Virus record (IMG/VR): IMGVR_UViG_3300045988_044422
Direction: 5' to 3' (one strand)
Length of the DNA stretch: 39,630 nt
DNA from: a virus
Numbering within the stretch: the stretch's first letter is position 1; every line of letters starts with the position of its first letter. The notes under the pieces are model-generated. The model saw only the letters and a program-made list of their open reading frames with translations. It made no database searches and was not told where the DNA came from. The translations under genes and the position numbers were made by a program. Shown here one piece after another: positions 14,238 to 22,741 of the stretch.

Positions 14238-14399
14238 ATGGCAGCAGTTACAAACGAAAAGAAAAACCTGAACAGCCAGACTGAAGATGTCAGCGAATTT
14301 ATTATGCTGCTGAAGCAGATGTCTGACAGCGACAGAATGGTCATCAAAGGGATGATGATGTGGGCGGCAGGAGAAAACAGACCAGTGAAAACAGCCTAA
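14238..14399 (+). CDS. Hypothetical small protein (53 aa)
   Basis: ATG 14238 with a GAAGGGAGG RBS is preferred over the upstream in-frame start at 14184. Confidence 0.45.
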   Translation: MAAVTNEKKNLNSQTEDVSEFIMLLKQMSDSDRMVIKGMMMWAAGENRPVKTA

Positions 14400-14439
14400 A
14401 AGGGCATAGGATGTCCCCGACAGAAATGTCGGGGAGTAA

Positions 14440-14775
14440 ATGAAAGGAAAGTACAACATGAACACAAAAGGAAAGATTGATTTTACAAAGACAGACAATA
14501 TTCAGTTTATTGAAGAAGTAGCCAGAGAGATCAGCAAGGAAGACAAGGACTGGCAGTGGGAAGCAAGAAAAATAAAACAGCATAGCTTGTTGCTGTGGTG
14601 GGAACTTCTGGAAGGTAGTGGACAGGAAGGCTTCAGGATTGAATATGACGAAGCTAATGAAGTATTCAGCGTATATGATGAATGGAACAGCAACATCACA
14701 TATGAACTGGAAGACACACTTGACCTGAAAAGTACGATGCGAAGTGTGTTCTGGTATGCATCAAGCAGATATTAA
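14440..14775 (+). CDS. Hypothetical protein (111 aa)
   Basis: ORF in operon context. The start is ambiguous (14440 or 14458). Confidence 0.45.
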   Translation: MKGKYNMNTKGKIDFTKTDNIQFIEEVAREISKEDKDWQWEARKIKQHSLLLWWELLEGSGQEGFRIEYDEANEVFSVYDEWNSNITYELEDTLDLKSTMRSVFWYASSRY

Positions 14776-14793
14776 GAAGGGCGGTGCAGCAGT

Positions 14794-15255
14794 ATGGAAA
14801 AGCAGAATTTATTCACAGAAGAAGAACTTGCAAAGGTTACAGACGAAGCGGAAAGAAAGCACCTGATCGAGTGCGCGCAGGATCAGTCAAAGATTGATTT
14901 GCAGTATATGAAGATCATGGAAAAATACGACTTATGGGAAAAAGGAAGCCGATCAAGATATTTTCACGCAACAACACATGAAAACGCAGAAAAGATCATG
15001 CAGGACGGAGTGATCCGAAAAGGAATGGACGGCGGTGTGTATATCTGCAAACAGCCACTTGAAGCAGCGCGATTTGTTGCGATCCGCGGACATGAAACAG
15101 GAACGATCTTTGAAGTCGAACTGGAAGACAGAAAAGTGTTTGAAGCACACGATCACAATGAAGAGTTCTTCGGATGCAAAGCATATATGTACACAGACGA
15201 CATACCGACAGCAAAGATTGTGAAAATGTCAAGATATTCAACGAAGGAAGATTGA
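14794..15255 (+). CDS. Hypothetical protein with ADP-ribosyltransferase-like H-Y-E motif spacing
   Basis: RYFHATTHENAEKIMQDGVI ... GGVYICKQP ... TIFEVELED resembles the H / Y / E triad arrangement of ART-fold enzymes. Not verified. Confidence 0.3.
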   Translation: MEKQNLFTEEELAKVTDEAERKHLIECAQDQSKIDLQYMKIMEKYDLWEKGSRSRYFHATTHENAEKIMQDGVIRKGMDGGVYICKQPLEAARFVAIRGHETGTIFEVELEDRKVFEAHDHNEEFFGCKAYMYTDDIPTAKIVKMSRYSTKED

Positions 15256-15268
15256 CTGTAAAGCCGAA

Positions 15269-15311
15269 ACAGCGCGACACGCGCTGTCGATGAATGATGG
15301 CTTCATTCATC
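15269..15311 (+). terminator. Two back-to-back hairpins after the 153-aa gene (possible terminator / RNA element)
   Basis: ACAGCGC-gacac-GCGCTGT (15269-15287) and GATGAATGA-tggct-TCATTCATC (15289-15311). No U-tract follows. Confidence 0.35.
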
Positions 15312-15558
15312 CTGACGATGGCAAGCTAACAGCCAGCATCAGAACATTGTGAAAAAATAGCGGCGTGTGTGTACTGCCAGAACTATGCACAGATGGTCAA
15401 CAGGTTTTAGGGATGTTTTTAATGTGAAAACAAACGACACAATGAAAAATCAAGACCAGAAGGGGGAATGTTGAAAAAATTATTTTGGACTTTGCGAAAG
15501 CAGTATGTGAAGGAGAATGAACGATGATTGATGAAAAGAAAAACAAGGAGGAAAACGC

Positions 15559-15678
15559 ATGAACACGCCAGACGCAAGAAGAATATTTGAAGCAATAGCA
15601 ATGATCCTGTCGAACAGGAATGATGGAGTCAGGGTGCAGCTGTCAGAGATTAAGACAAAGGCAGCGAAAGCATCTTGA
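15559..15678 (+). CDS. 39-aa ORF MNTPDARRIFEAIAMILSNRNDGVRVQLSEIKTKAAKAS
   Basis: AAGGAGGAAAACGC precedes the ATG. It lies upstream of the Rep gene and is followed by hairpin GCCTTCGG/CCGAAGGC (15694-15725). Confidence 0.45.
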   Translation: MNTPDARRIFEAIAMILSNRNDGVRVQLSEIKTKAAKAS

Positions 15679-15891
15679 AGGACAAAAAAGAAAGCCTTCG
15701 GACTAGCTTGGCGGCTTCCGAAGGCGATCCAGATTGTGACTTTTTAAGGTCTGCACATCTATAAAAAATTATACAGCAGACTTCCAAAAAAGTCAATAAA
15801 TCAGGGACTTTCAAAAGGCTTCGCGTCCTTGTAATAGATAGTAACAAATCAAAGAAATATATAAATATCTATAACAGGAGCAAAGAAGGAC

Positions 15892-16896
15892 ATGAAGAGA
15901 AGGAAGAAAGCTGTGTATATAGATTATGACTATGAAGCAGCATACCAGAAGATGTTGACTGACTTGGAAGAAGACAACATGTGCAGGATGCTGAATGAAG
16001 GCAAGGTCAGATCAATATATGCCACTAAGGAGATAAAGGCAGCAGAGCAGATGGATGTTGAAATATATCCAGAGTTCAGAAGAGGACAGAAAGAGCAGAT
16101 ACCAGACGAAGCAAAGCTGAAGAAGCAAAGACAGGCACAAAGAAATCTGAATGAGAAGAACAGCAGGAAGGAATGTGAACGGACGATCAATGCAAACTTC
16201 ACGGACAATGACATCTGGGGAACACTGACATATACAGACAACAACATGCCGAACAGCATGAAGGAAGCGCAGCACGATATGACGCTGTACATAGGACGAC
16301 TAAACTATGAGCGAAGGAAGAAGGGACTTGCAAAGCTGCGTTATGTGTATGTGACAGAGTGTTCAGACAAAGGACGCTGGCATCATCATTTTGTGTGCGA
16401 TGGCGACATGGGGCTGGAAGCGGTTGAAGAAAAGTGGAAGAAGGGGCGCAGGAATCAAGTGCGCAGGCTTCAGAAGGATGAACATGGACTGTCAGGAATG
16501 GCGAACTACATCACGAAACAGAAGCACCCTGAAAAGAAGGGCAAAGAACCGAAACCAGTTGAAAAGTATCAAAAGGCATGGAAAGCAAGCAAAGGACTGA
16601 AAAAGCCTGAAGTGAAGAAGAATCACTATAAATTCAAGCAGAAGGATGTTGACGAAATCGTCACAGGCAGATGCGATCTGGAAGACAAGCTGAAGAAATG
16701 GTATGCAGCAGACGGCTACAAGCTGACATCGTATGAAGTCAGATACAACAACATGAATGGCAGATTTTATATATACGCAAGGATGTATAAACAGCCACAG
16801 GAAGGAGAAAAGATTGACAAAGCAACAAGTAAGATTAAGCAGAAAACAGCGAAGAAGAAGGCAAAGAAGAAGACAGCTGCACGATGCAGTACATAA
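15892..16896 (+). CDS. HUH-superfamily rolling-circle replication initiator (Rep)
   Basis: Motif 1 WGTLTYTD, motif 2 RWHHHFVCDG (HUH), motif 3 GMANYITKQ (YxxK), in canonical order and spacing. Confidence 0.65.
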   Translation: MKRRKKAVYIDYDYEAAYQKMLTDLEEDNMCRMLNEGKVRSIYATKEIKAAEQMDVEIYPEFRRGQKEQIPDEAKLKKQRQAQRNLNEKNSRKECERTINANFTDNDIWGTLTYTDNNMPNSMKEAQHDMTLYIGRLNYERRKKGLAKLRYVYVTECSDKGRWHHHFVCDGDMGLEAVEEKWKKGRRNQVRRLQKDEHGLSGMANYITKQKHPEKKGKEPKPVEKYQKAWKASKGLKKPEVKKNHYKFKQKDVDEIVTGRCDLEDKLKKWYAADGYKLTSYEVRYNNMNGRFYIYARMYKQPQEGEKIDKATSKIKQKTAKKKAKKKTAARCST

Positions 16897-17644
16897 CTTC
16901 ATCAGGACAGCAAAGAACTTTCTTCAGCGAAAACCGAAGACGGCAGCAGCAATCCTGATCACATTCATCACAATATATGTGTCGGTAATGCTGGGATTTG
17001 CGATCGGCGACATGATCAGCGCAAAAGGAAAGACGGAAACAAAACAGGAAAGCGAAGCAGAAGAACAGACAGAAAGTGACTTGGATGCAGATGAAGAATA
17101 TCCATTCAATACAATGTCACAGGATTGGAGTGGCGAAGACATGGAAGGATTCTGCTATCACGAAATATCAGACGAATGCAAGGCAGCAGGCGGCAAGTTT
17201 CCAGTAATGGCGCAGATATATACATACATTGTTTGTCAGAACTATGGTGTTGACTATGAAATGGTGTTCGCACTGATCGAACAGGAAAGCGAATGCAACT
17301 GGAACGCTTCAGGCGATGGCGGCACATCATGGGGGTATATGCAGATAGCGCAGAAATGGCACAAAGAAAGAATGCAACGCCTGAACTGCACCGATCTGAC
17401 AAATCCATACCAGAATGTGACAGTCGGCATTGATTACCTGAAGGAGATTCAGGACAGCTTGCAGGAAGTTCCGGAAGATGTGCGTCCATATTACGTTCTG
17501 GCGGTCTACAACTACGGAGCAGCAGGCGCAAAGGAAAACTTGTGGAATCATGGTGTGTATAAATACAGCTATAACACAGCAATCATGGAAAGAGCAGCGC
17601 AGCTGAAGGCAGAGAAAGAAAGACAGGAAATGAAGGAGGAATAA
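16814..17644 (+). CDS. Membrane-anchored lytic transglycosylase (SLT domain)
   Basis: ALIEQESECN (catalytic E-S), GYMQI and VYNYGAAG motifs. N-terminal Arg-rich segment and TM AAAILITFITIYVSVMLGFAIG. TTG 16814 after AGGAAGGAG is the preferred start. The ORF is open from ATG 16757. Confidence 0.8.
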   Translation: MTKQQVRLSRKQRRRRQRRRQLHDAVHNFIRTAKNFLQRKPKTAAAILITFITIYVSVMLGFAIGDMISAKGKTETKQESEAEEQTESDLDADEEYPFNTMSQDWSGEDMEGFCYHEISDECKAAGGKFPVMAQIYTYIVCQNYGVDYEMVFALIEQESECNWNASGDGGTSWGYMQIAQKWHKERMQRLNCTDLTNPYQNVTVGIDYLKEIQDSLQEVPEDVRPYYVLAVYNYGAAGAKENLWNHGVYKYSYNTAIMERAAQLKAEKERQEMKEE

Positions 17645-17646
17645 AA

Positions 17647-17973
17647 GTGGACAACGAAAAAAGATTGTGCTTGGAAGATGCGGTCACAAAAGCAGAAATC
17701 TACGCAGTGAAAGTGATTGAAGAAGAACTGAACCGAAAAGGAATCGCACCGAACAGCATTGAAAGAAAAATCATCATCACACGCACAGCGGATGTGCTGG
17801 CGGCACACAGGGAAGAAGTCAGGGATATGTATAAAAAGTCAGGATTGCTTCTTCAGGACTGGATCATAAAGATGTCAGGCATAAAAGACCTGATCGCGTT
17901 CAAGAAAATGAAGCAGCTGGGATTCACTGGCGATGTCATGCAGGACATGAAGAAGATGGAGGAAGCGCGATGA
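17647..17973 (+). CDS. Hypothetical protein (108 aa)
   Basis: GTG start 7 nt after AAGGAGG. No motif recognised. Confidence 0.5.
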   Translation: MDNEKRLCLEDAVTKAEIYAVKVIEEELNRKGIAPNSIERKIIITRTADVLAAHREEVRDMYKKSGLLLQDWIIKMSGIKDLIAFKKMKQLGFTGDVMQDMKKMEEAR

Positions 17974-18464
17974 ATATGAAGTATGCGATGCGTTCGGAAG
18001 ATACCGAACAGATCAATGTCATCAGCTGGGCTTCTTGGCAGATGCAGAAATATCCTGAACTGAAATGGCTGCATCATATCCCGAACGGCGGCAGCAGGAA
18101 CAGAGCCGAAGCAGTAAAGCTGAAGCAGATGGGCGTGAAGTCAGGCGTGTCGGACTTATGCCTTCCGTACCCAAAAGGAATATATTGCGGACTGTACATC
18201 GAAATGAAGTATGACAAGGGCAGACACCAGCCGTCACAGAAAGAGTTCTTGACCGATATGGCAGCAGCAGGACACTATGTCGCGACATGCTACACGGAAA
18301 GGGATGCGGTTGAAGTTCTTGAAAAATACTTGAATTTGAAGCGTTTACAGACACACATTCATGTGTCAGATTCAGACACCGCAGTCACGGAAACAGCAGA
18401 ACGCATGAAAGAGCCGAACAACAGCGTATGGAAAGACGGCGAAGTGAAACCGCTGAAGGTGTAG
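17970..18464 (+). CDS. VRR-NUC domain nuclease
   Basis: E.QINVISW...HIPNGGSRN..EA.KLK.MGVKSGVSDL.LP......GLYIEMK......S..Q..F......GH.V..C matches the VRR-NUC pattern. Confidence 0.75.
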   Translation: MNMKYAMRSEDTEQINVISWASWQMQKYPELKWLHHIPNGGSRNRAEAVKLKQMGVKSGVSDLCLPYPKGIYCGLYIEMKYDKGRHQPSQKEFLTDMAAAGHYVATCYTERDAVEVLEKYLNLKRLQTHIHVSDSDTAVTETAERMKEPNNSVWKDGEVKPLKV

Positions 18465-18467
18465 GAC

Positions 18468-18722
18468 ATGAACGGACATGCGGCAGCAGTCAGACAGTTT
18501 TATGACATATACAGACCAATCGCAAGGAAGTACGGACTGCGAATGTCAAGCCACACTTCAATATACGATGATGGCTGGATAAAGATATATAAAGGCGAAG
18601 GAGCAGACAGACAACAGATCATCAAGATTGAAGAAGCGAACGACACAGACCTATACGACAGGGCAAGGGAAGCAGTGATCAGCTGGGAGAACAGCAAGAA
18701 GGAAAGAAATGCAAGACGATAA
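18468..18722 (+). CDS. Hypothetical protein (84 aa)
   Basis: ORF in operon context. No motif recognised. Confidence 0.45.
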   Translation: MNGHAAAVRQFYDIYRPIARKYGLRMSSHTSIYDDGWIKIYKGEGADRQQIIKIEEANDTDLYDRAREAVISWENSKKERNARR

Positions 18723-19041
18723 AAAAGCACATCAAATCACATTGCAGGAACTTGGGATCATACCGAAAGAGCCGAAGCGAAAAGAAGAAGTCAGAAAACA
18801 ATATGCTTTTCCTTGCGGCGGTTGCGTGTGTAGCCACTGCGCAAACAATGTGGAAACGCCAGACACATGCACAGGAGAAATGAAAGAACCTTGCTTCACA
18901 TGTGACTATTGCAAGCATTATGACGGAAAAGGAACAGACAGGCGACTTCAAGATTGTGACAAATACATTGTGACGGACGAACACGCGAGAAGGTTAAGAA
19001 GGCACATGAAAATAATAAACAGGAGGAAAGCACATCAATGA
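18709..19041 (+). CDS. Cys-rich (probable Zn-binding) small protein
   Basis: CGGCVCSHCANN...CTGEMKEPCFTCDYCKHY cluster of 10 Cys residues. Confidence 0.5.
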   Translation: MQDDKKAHQITLQELGIIPKEPKRKEEVRKQYAFPCGGCVCSHCANNVETPDTCTGEMKEPCFTCDYCKHYDGKGTDRRLQDCDKYIVTDEHARRLRRHMKIINRRKAHQ

Positions 19042-19811
19042 AAATAATAGCAGTAATGAATCAAAAAGGCGGCATCGGAAAGACAATGACCGCAGCAGCT
19101 ATCGCCTACATAATGGGCGAAGAAAAAGAAAAGAAAGTGCTGATCTGTGACGCGGATCAGCAGGGCAACATATCACTTCTTTACGACAGGTTTGATCCTG
19201 AAGGACAGGGAATGTCAGAATTGCTTGAAAATCATCAGGCAGCAGGCGGCGCATATTCGACAACAGACCTGATCCAAACAACACCATATGGAAATATTGA
19301 CATCATACCAGCGAACGGATATTTGATGCGAACAAACATGACGCTGCTTCAGGAAGAAGGAGAAGATCAGATTCTTCGATTTGCAGCAGCGATGAATGAA
19401 GTCAGAACTATATATGATTATTGCATTGTTGATTGTGGTCTGATCATGGACATGACAGTCACAAATGTGATGATTGCAGCAGACCTTGTGATTGTGCCTG
19501 TCAAGATTGGCGGCTTCGAGATTGAAGCCGCTGCAAACATGGACAGTCAGCTGACATCGTTCAGAAGGATAAATCCTGACATTCGCATGAAAGTATTGAT
19601 GACGATGCGCCAGAAGAACCAGACGACACTTCAGGTTGAAGAATGGCTGAAAACACAGTCAGGACACGATTGCTTTGCGACAGCGATCAGGCGATCAATA
19701 ATCGCAGAGAAGTCAACAGTCGCACAAGTGCCGCTTCCAAAGTTTTCAAAAAACTGCATCGTGACGCAGGACTATCGTGCAGCAGCATATGAATTGATGA
19801 AAGAGGTGTGA
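19038..19811 (+). CDS. parA: ParA/Soj-family partition ATPase
   Basis: Deviant Walker A NQKGGIGKT at the N-terminus, CDADQQGN, and Walker B-like IVDCG. Confidence 0.85.
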   Translation: MKIIAVMNQKGGIGKTMTAAAIAYIMGEEKEKKVLICDADQQGNISLLYDRFDPEGQGMSELLENHQAAGGAYSTTDLIQTTPYGNIDIIPANGYLMRTNMTLLQEEGEDQILRFAAAMNEVRTIYDYCIVDCGLIMDMTVTNVMIAADLVIVPVKIGGFEIEAAANMDSQLTSFRRINPDIRMKVLMTMRQKNQTTLQVEEWLKTQSGHDCFATAIRRSIIAEKSTVAQVPLPKFSKNCIVTQDYRAAAYELMKEV

Positions 19812-19813
19812 AC

Positions 19814-20389
19814 ATGGGAGTGTATGAGATAATCACAGGAATCACAGAAAACGAAGAAAATCTGAAAGTCGAAATCAGGCAGACGGAAGGAACGATGGGA
19901 GGAAATCTTGTGTACATCAAAAACACAAAAACAAACAAGGCGTATTCCTTTACATTAGCGGACGGCGATGAATATGGCGCAGACGCAATGACACGAAATG
20001 CAGTCGCAAAGCTGCATTCGGATATGTGCGGCTGCAACGAAAAGACACTTGACAGAATCGAACATGCGCTGGGAATAAAACTTGAAACATGGCAGTCAGA
20101 ATATATCCTGTCAGAAGGCATCACATATCCGTATGAAGGAAGAAGGACAGGGAAGACGCTTGCATATCAAATCAAGACGCTTCTGACTGCACACAACGAC
20201 ATAACGATCTACGGCAACGAAGCGCAATACTACGTTGACGAAATACATGGCAGCATATACGAAAAAAATTATGTCACAGACCTTGCAAGACTTTCAGAAC
20301 ACCTTCGCAAAGCTGGCATCGGAGTTCCGAAAGTGACATTGAAACTGGACAAAATGAGAAGAAGGGAGGATGGAATGCGATGGAACTAA
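19814..20389 (+). CDS. Hypothetical protein (191 aa)
   Basis: ATG 19814 after AAAGAGG. No motif recognised. Confidence 0.5.
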   Translation: MGVYEIITGITENEENLKVEIRQTEGTMGGNLVYIKNTKTNKAYSFTLADGDEYGADAMTRNAVAKLHSDMCGCNEKTLDRIEHALGIKLETWQSEYILSEGITYPYEGRRTGKTLAYQIKTLLTAHNDITIYGNEAQYYVDEIHGSIYEKNYVTDLARLSEHLRKAGIGVPKVTLKLDKMRRREDGMRWN

Positions 20390-20769
20390 AAGGACAAGTC
20401 ACAATCAGCATCGAAGACTTTGAAAAGCTGAAGGCAGCAGCAGACGCGAAGGAATATGCAGAAAACCAGCTGGAAGCGTTCAGGGACAGGATGACACAAT
20501 TCTATGAACTGGACGACACAGACTTCTGGAAGCGTATAAAAGAGATTGACAGCACACCGAACATGTCGGACAGGCAGATCGGAAAAGCAATAAGCGAAGC
20601 CAGAAAGACACTGAAGATCGTGATTGATACAGACAAGCTGAAGAAGCAGATCAGGGCATCAATAAACAAAAAGGCATACAAAGACGATGATTCACACATT
20701 GACCTGAAGAACACGACAGACAGCGAACTGGATGCAATAGAAATATGCTTCAGAGAAAAGGAGGATTGA
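20380..20769 (+). CDS. Hypothetical coiled-coil protein (129 aa)
   Basis: ORF in operon context. No motif recognised. Confidence 0.5.
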   Translation: MELKGQVTISIEDFEKLKAAADAKEYAENQLEAFRDRMTQFYELDDTDFWKRIKEIDSTPNMSDRQIGKAISEARKTLKIVIDTDKLKKQIRASINKKAYKDDDSHIDLKNTTDSELDAIEICFREKED

Positions 20770-20771
20770 AG

Positions 20772-22175
20772 ATGGCGTGGAATGTAATGGAGCAGCTTAA
20801 CAAAAACGCACAGAAGGCAGCAGTCGGCGATGAAACACCAAAGGCAAGATTCAGAACGAAGGACATTAGCATAAAAAAGCTATACAGCAACGACAAGAAC
20901 TTCTATTCAGTCACAGACATTGAACCACTCGCACAGAAGATATTGCTTGTCGGGCTGATCGAAAATCTTGAAGTCGTTCACGATCCTTGCGATCAGGGCG
21001 AATACAGAATAACGGCAGGCGAAAGAAGATGGCGCGCCCTGAAGTTACTTGTCGAACAGGGCTATACAGATTTTGAAATGGTAACGTGTCAGATTCAGAC
21101 ACCAGCGTCAGCAGATGAAGAAATGCTGCGCTTGATTATTGCAAATGACTATCGAAACAAGACAGTCACAGACATTTTGGAAGAAGAAAAGCAGCTGAAG
21201 GACATCTTGCAGAGAATGAAGCAGGAAGGAAGGGAGATCAAGGGGTATAAACTTGACAGCGGTCGCCTTCGTGATGTCATTGCAAAGATGCTTCAAATGC
21301 CAGCGACAAAGATTGCACAGATCGAGAGTATCAACAAGCATCTGATCCCTGAATTTGCCGAAGAACTGAAAGAAGGTCGCCTGACTTTTTCCGCTGCCTA
21401 TATGATCAGCGGAATGAATGAAGAAACACAAGCAGAAATGCTGGAACGCTATCAGGAAAACGGCTTGACCTACAAGGAAGTGAAAGAGATCAAGCAGCAG
21501 CAGGAGGAAAAGGCGGCAGCAGAACAGATTGAAGGTCAAATGAACATTGACCAGTACACAGAAACAGAAGAAGAGATCGAAGAACCTGAAGACGATGCAG
21601 AGGACACAGAGGACGAAGACGAATGGGAAGATGCACACCCTGAAAGCGTCACATCGCTGTGTTATAGCTGCAAGAGGTATTCAGACTGCAATGTGAAGAC
21701 AGGAACATGTCAAAGCTGTGATCAGTACATCAACAAGGCAGAAGCCGAAAAGACTGAAGAAGAAAGATACAGCGAAGAACAGGACGCGATTGACAGGGAA
21801 ACAGCAAAGAAACTTCGCGAGAAGGCAGACGAAGAAAAGATGCAGCAGCTTCCTTCGGACAGCAACAAGGACAAGTGCATCAGAATGTCACAAAGCGCAT
21901 TTGAAGAAATTGAAGAAGGCAAGCCGTATATCATCACGAAAGACGACAGCTTCAGAAAAGGACAGGAAGTGACACTGATTGCATTCAAGGAAGGCAAGGC
22001 GACAGGGCAGCAGTGCAAGAAGACGATTATCTGCGTTGACACAAGCATCACATCATCAGCACTTGAAGACGGCTATTGCATTTTAGGACTGGGAGAAGTT
22101 GAAGAAAGGCTTCAGGAAGCAGCAGCAGGCGCAGGACAGGACGCAGACAACAGAACACTACAATATGGAGCATAG
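20772..22175 (+). CDS. parB: ParB-like nuclease-domain protein fused to a Cys cluster and an ASCH/DUF3850-like C-terminal domain
   Basis: ParB N-terminal motif ITAGERRWRALKLL. Acidic linker. CYSCKRYSDCNVKTGTCQSC cluster. The C-terminal F..IEEGKPYIITKDDSFRKGQEVTLIAF..GKATGQ....I.CV......LEDGYCILGL resembles DUF3850/ASCH. ATG 20772 after AAGGAGG. Confidence 0.65.
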   Translation: MAWNVMEQLNKNAQKAAVGDETPKARFRTKDISIKKLYSNDKNFYSVTDIEPLAQKILLVGLIENLEVVHDPCDQGEYRITAGERRWRALKLLVEQGYTDFEMVTCQIQTPASADEEMLRLIIANDYRNKTVTDILEEEKQLKDILQRMKQEGREIKGYKLDSGRLRDVIAKMLQMPATKIAQIESINKHLIPEFAEELKEGRLTFSAAYMISGMNEETQAEMLERYQENGLTYKEVKEIKQQQEEKAAAEQIEGQMNIDQYTETEEEIEEPEDDAEDTEDEDEWEDAHPESVTSLCYSCKRYSDCNVKTGTCQSCDQYINKAEAEKTEEERYSEEQDAIDRETAKKLREKADEEKMQQLPSDSNKDKCIRMSQSAFEEIEEGKPYIITKDDSFRKGQEVTLIAFKEGKATGQQCKKTIICVDTSITSSALEDGYCILGLGEVEERLQEAAAGAGQDADNRTLQYGA

Positions 22176-22186
22176 GAGGAAAACGG

Positions 22187-22372
22187 ATGCAGGACAGCAA
22201 TGAAGTGAGAGAAATGGCGAAAACATTCAGAGAAGCAGCAGATATTCTGGATGAAATGGCGGACTTCGCAGAAAACCGCAAGGAAATGACGAAAGAAGAA
22301 AAAGAAAGCAAGGAAGAAGAACTTCTGGGAAGATTCGCAGTGAAAATGATCAAGATTCAGAGATTCAGCTAA
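22187..22372 (+). CDS. Hypothetical acidic small protein (61 aa)
   Basis: AGGAGG RBS. No motif recognised. Confidence 0.45.
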   Translation: MQDSNEVREMAKTFREAADILDEMADFAENRKEMTKEEKESKEEELLGRFAVKMIKIQRFS

Positions 22373-22392
22373 CAGCAGAAAGGGGAATCGAC

Positions 22393-22737
22393 ATGAATGA
22401 AATAATATGCGATAAATGCGCGGCGACATTCACACCTGACATGATAGAGATTCAAAACAGAGTGATCACACAGGATGAAGAACACAACGACATCATCGAA
22501 CAGTATTATGAATGCCCGATCTGTGGCACACATTACACAATCACAATCACTGACAGGGTGCAGCGAATAGCAATTCAGAAACGCAGACAGCTTCAGACAG
22601 CAGTCAAGAACGCGATCAGAGCCAAAAGACCAGCAAGGGCGCAGACATACAAGAACAAAGAAAAAGAACTTGCAGACGACATTCAGGCGCGTGCAAAGAT
22701 GTTAAAAGAACAATACGCAGAATATACGGAGGAATAA
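22393..22737 (+). CDS. Zn-ribbon protein with basic helical C-terminus
   Basis: CDKC...CPICG pairs. It ends 5 nt upstream of the MazF-like gene. Confidence 0.5.
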   Translation: MNEIICDKCAATFTPDMIEIQNRVITQDEEHNDIIEQYYECPICGTHYTITITDRVQRIAIQKRRQLQTAVKNAIRAKRPARAQTYKNKEKELADDIQARAKMLKEQYAEYTEE

Positions 22738-22741
22738 AAAC

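Noticed and set aside
15269-15342. Three adjacent hairpins that might be a tRNA or tmRNA-like cloverleaf.
   Set aside because: The stem and loop sizes (7-9 bp stems, 5-nt loops) do not fit D, anticodon or T arms. No acceptor stem closes the structure and there is no T-loop GTTCRANYC-like sequence.
19814-20389. EGRRTGKT in the 191-aa protein as a Walker A P-loop.
   Set aside because: The spacing is GxxxGKT, one residue short of GxxxxGK[ST]. No Walker B was recognisable.
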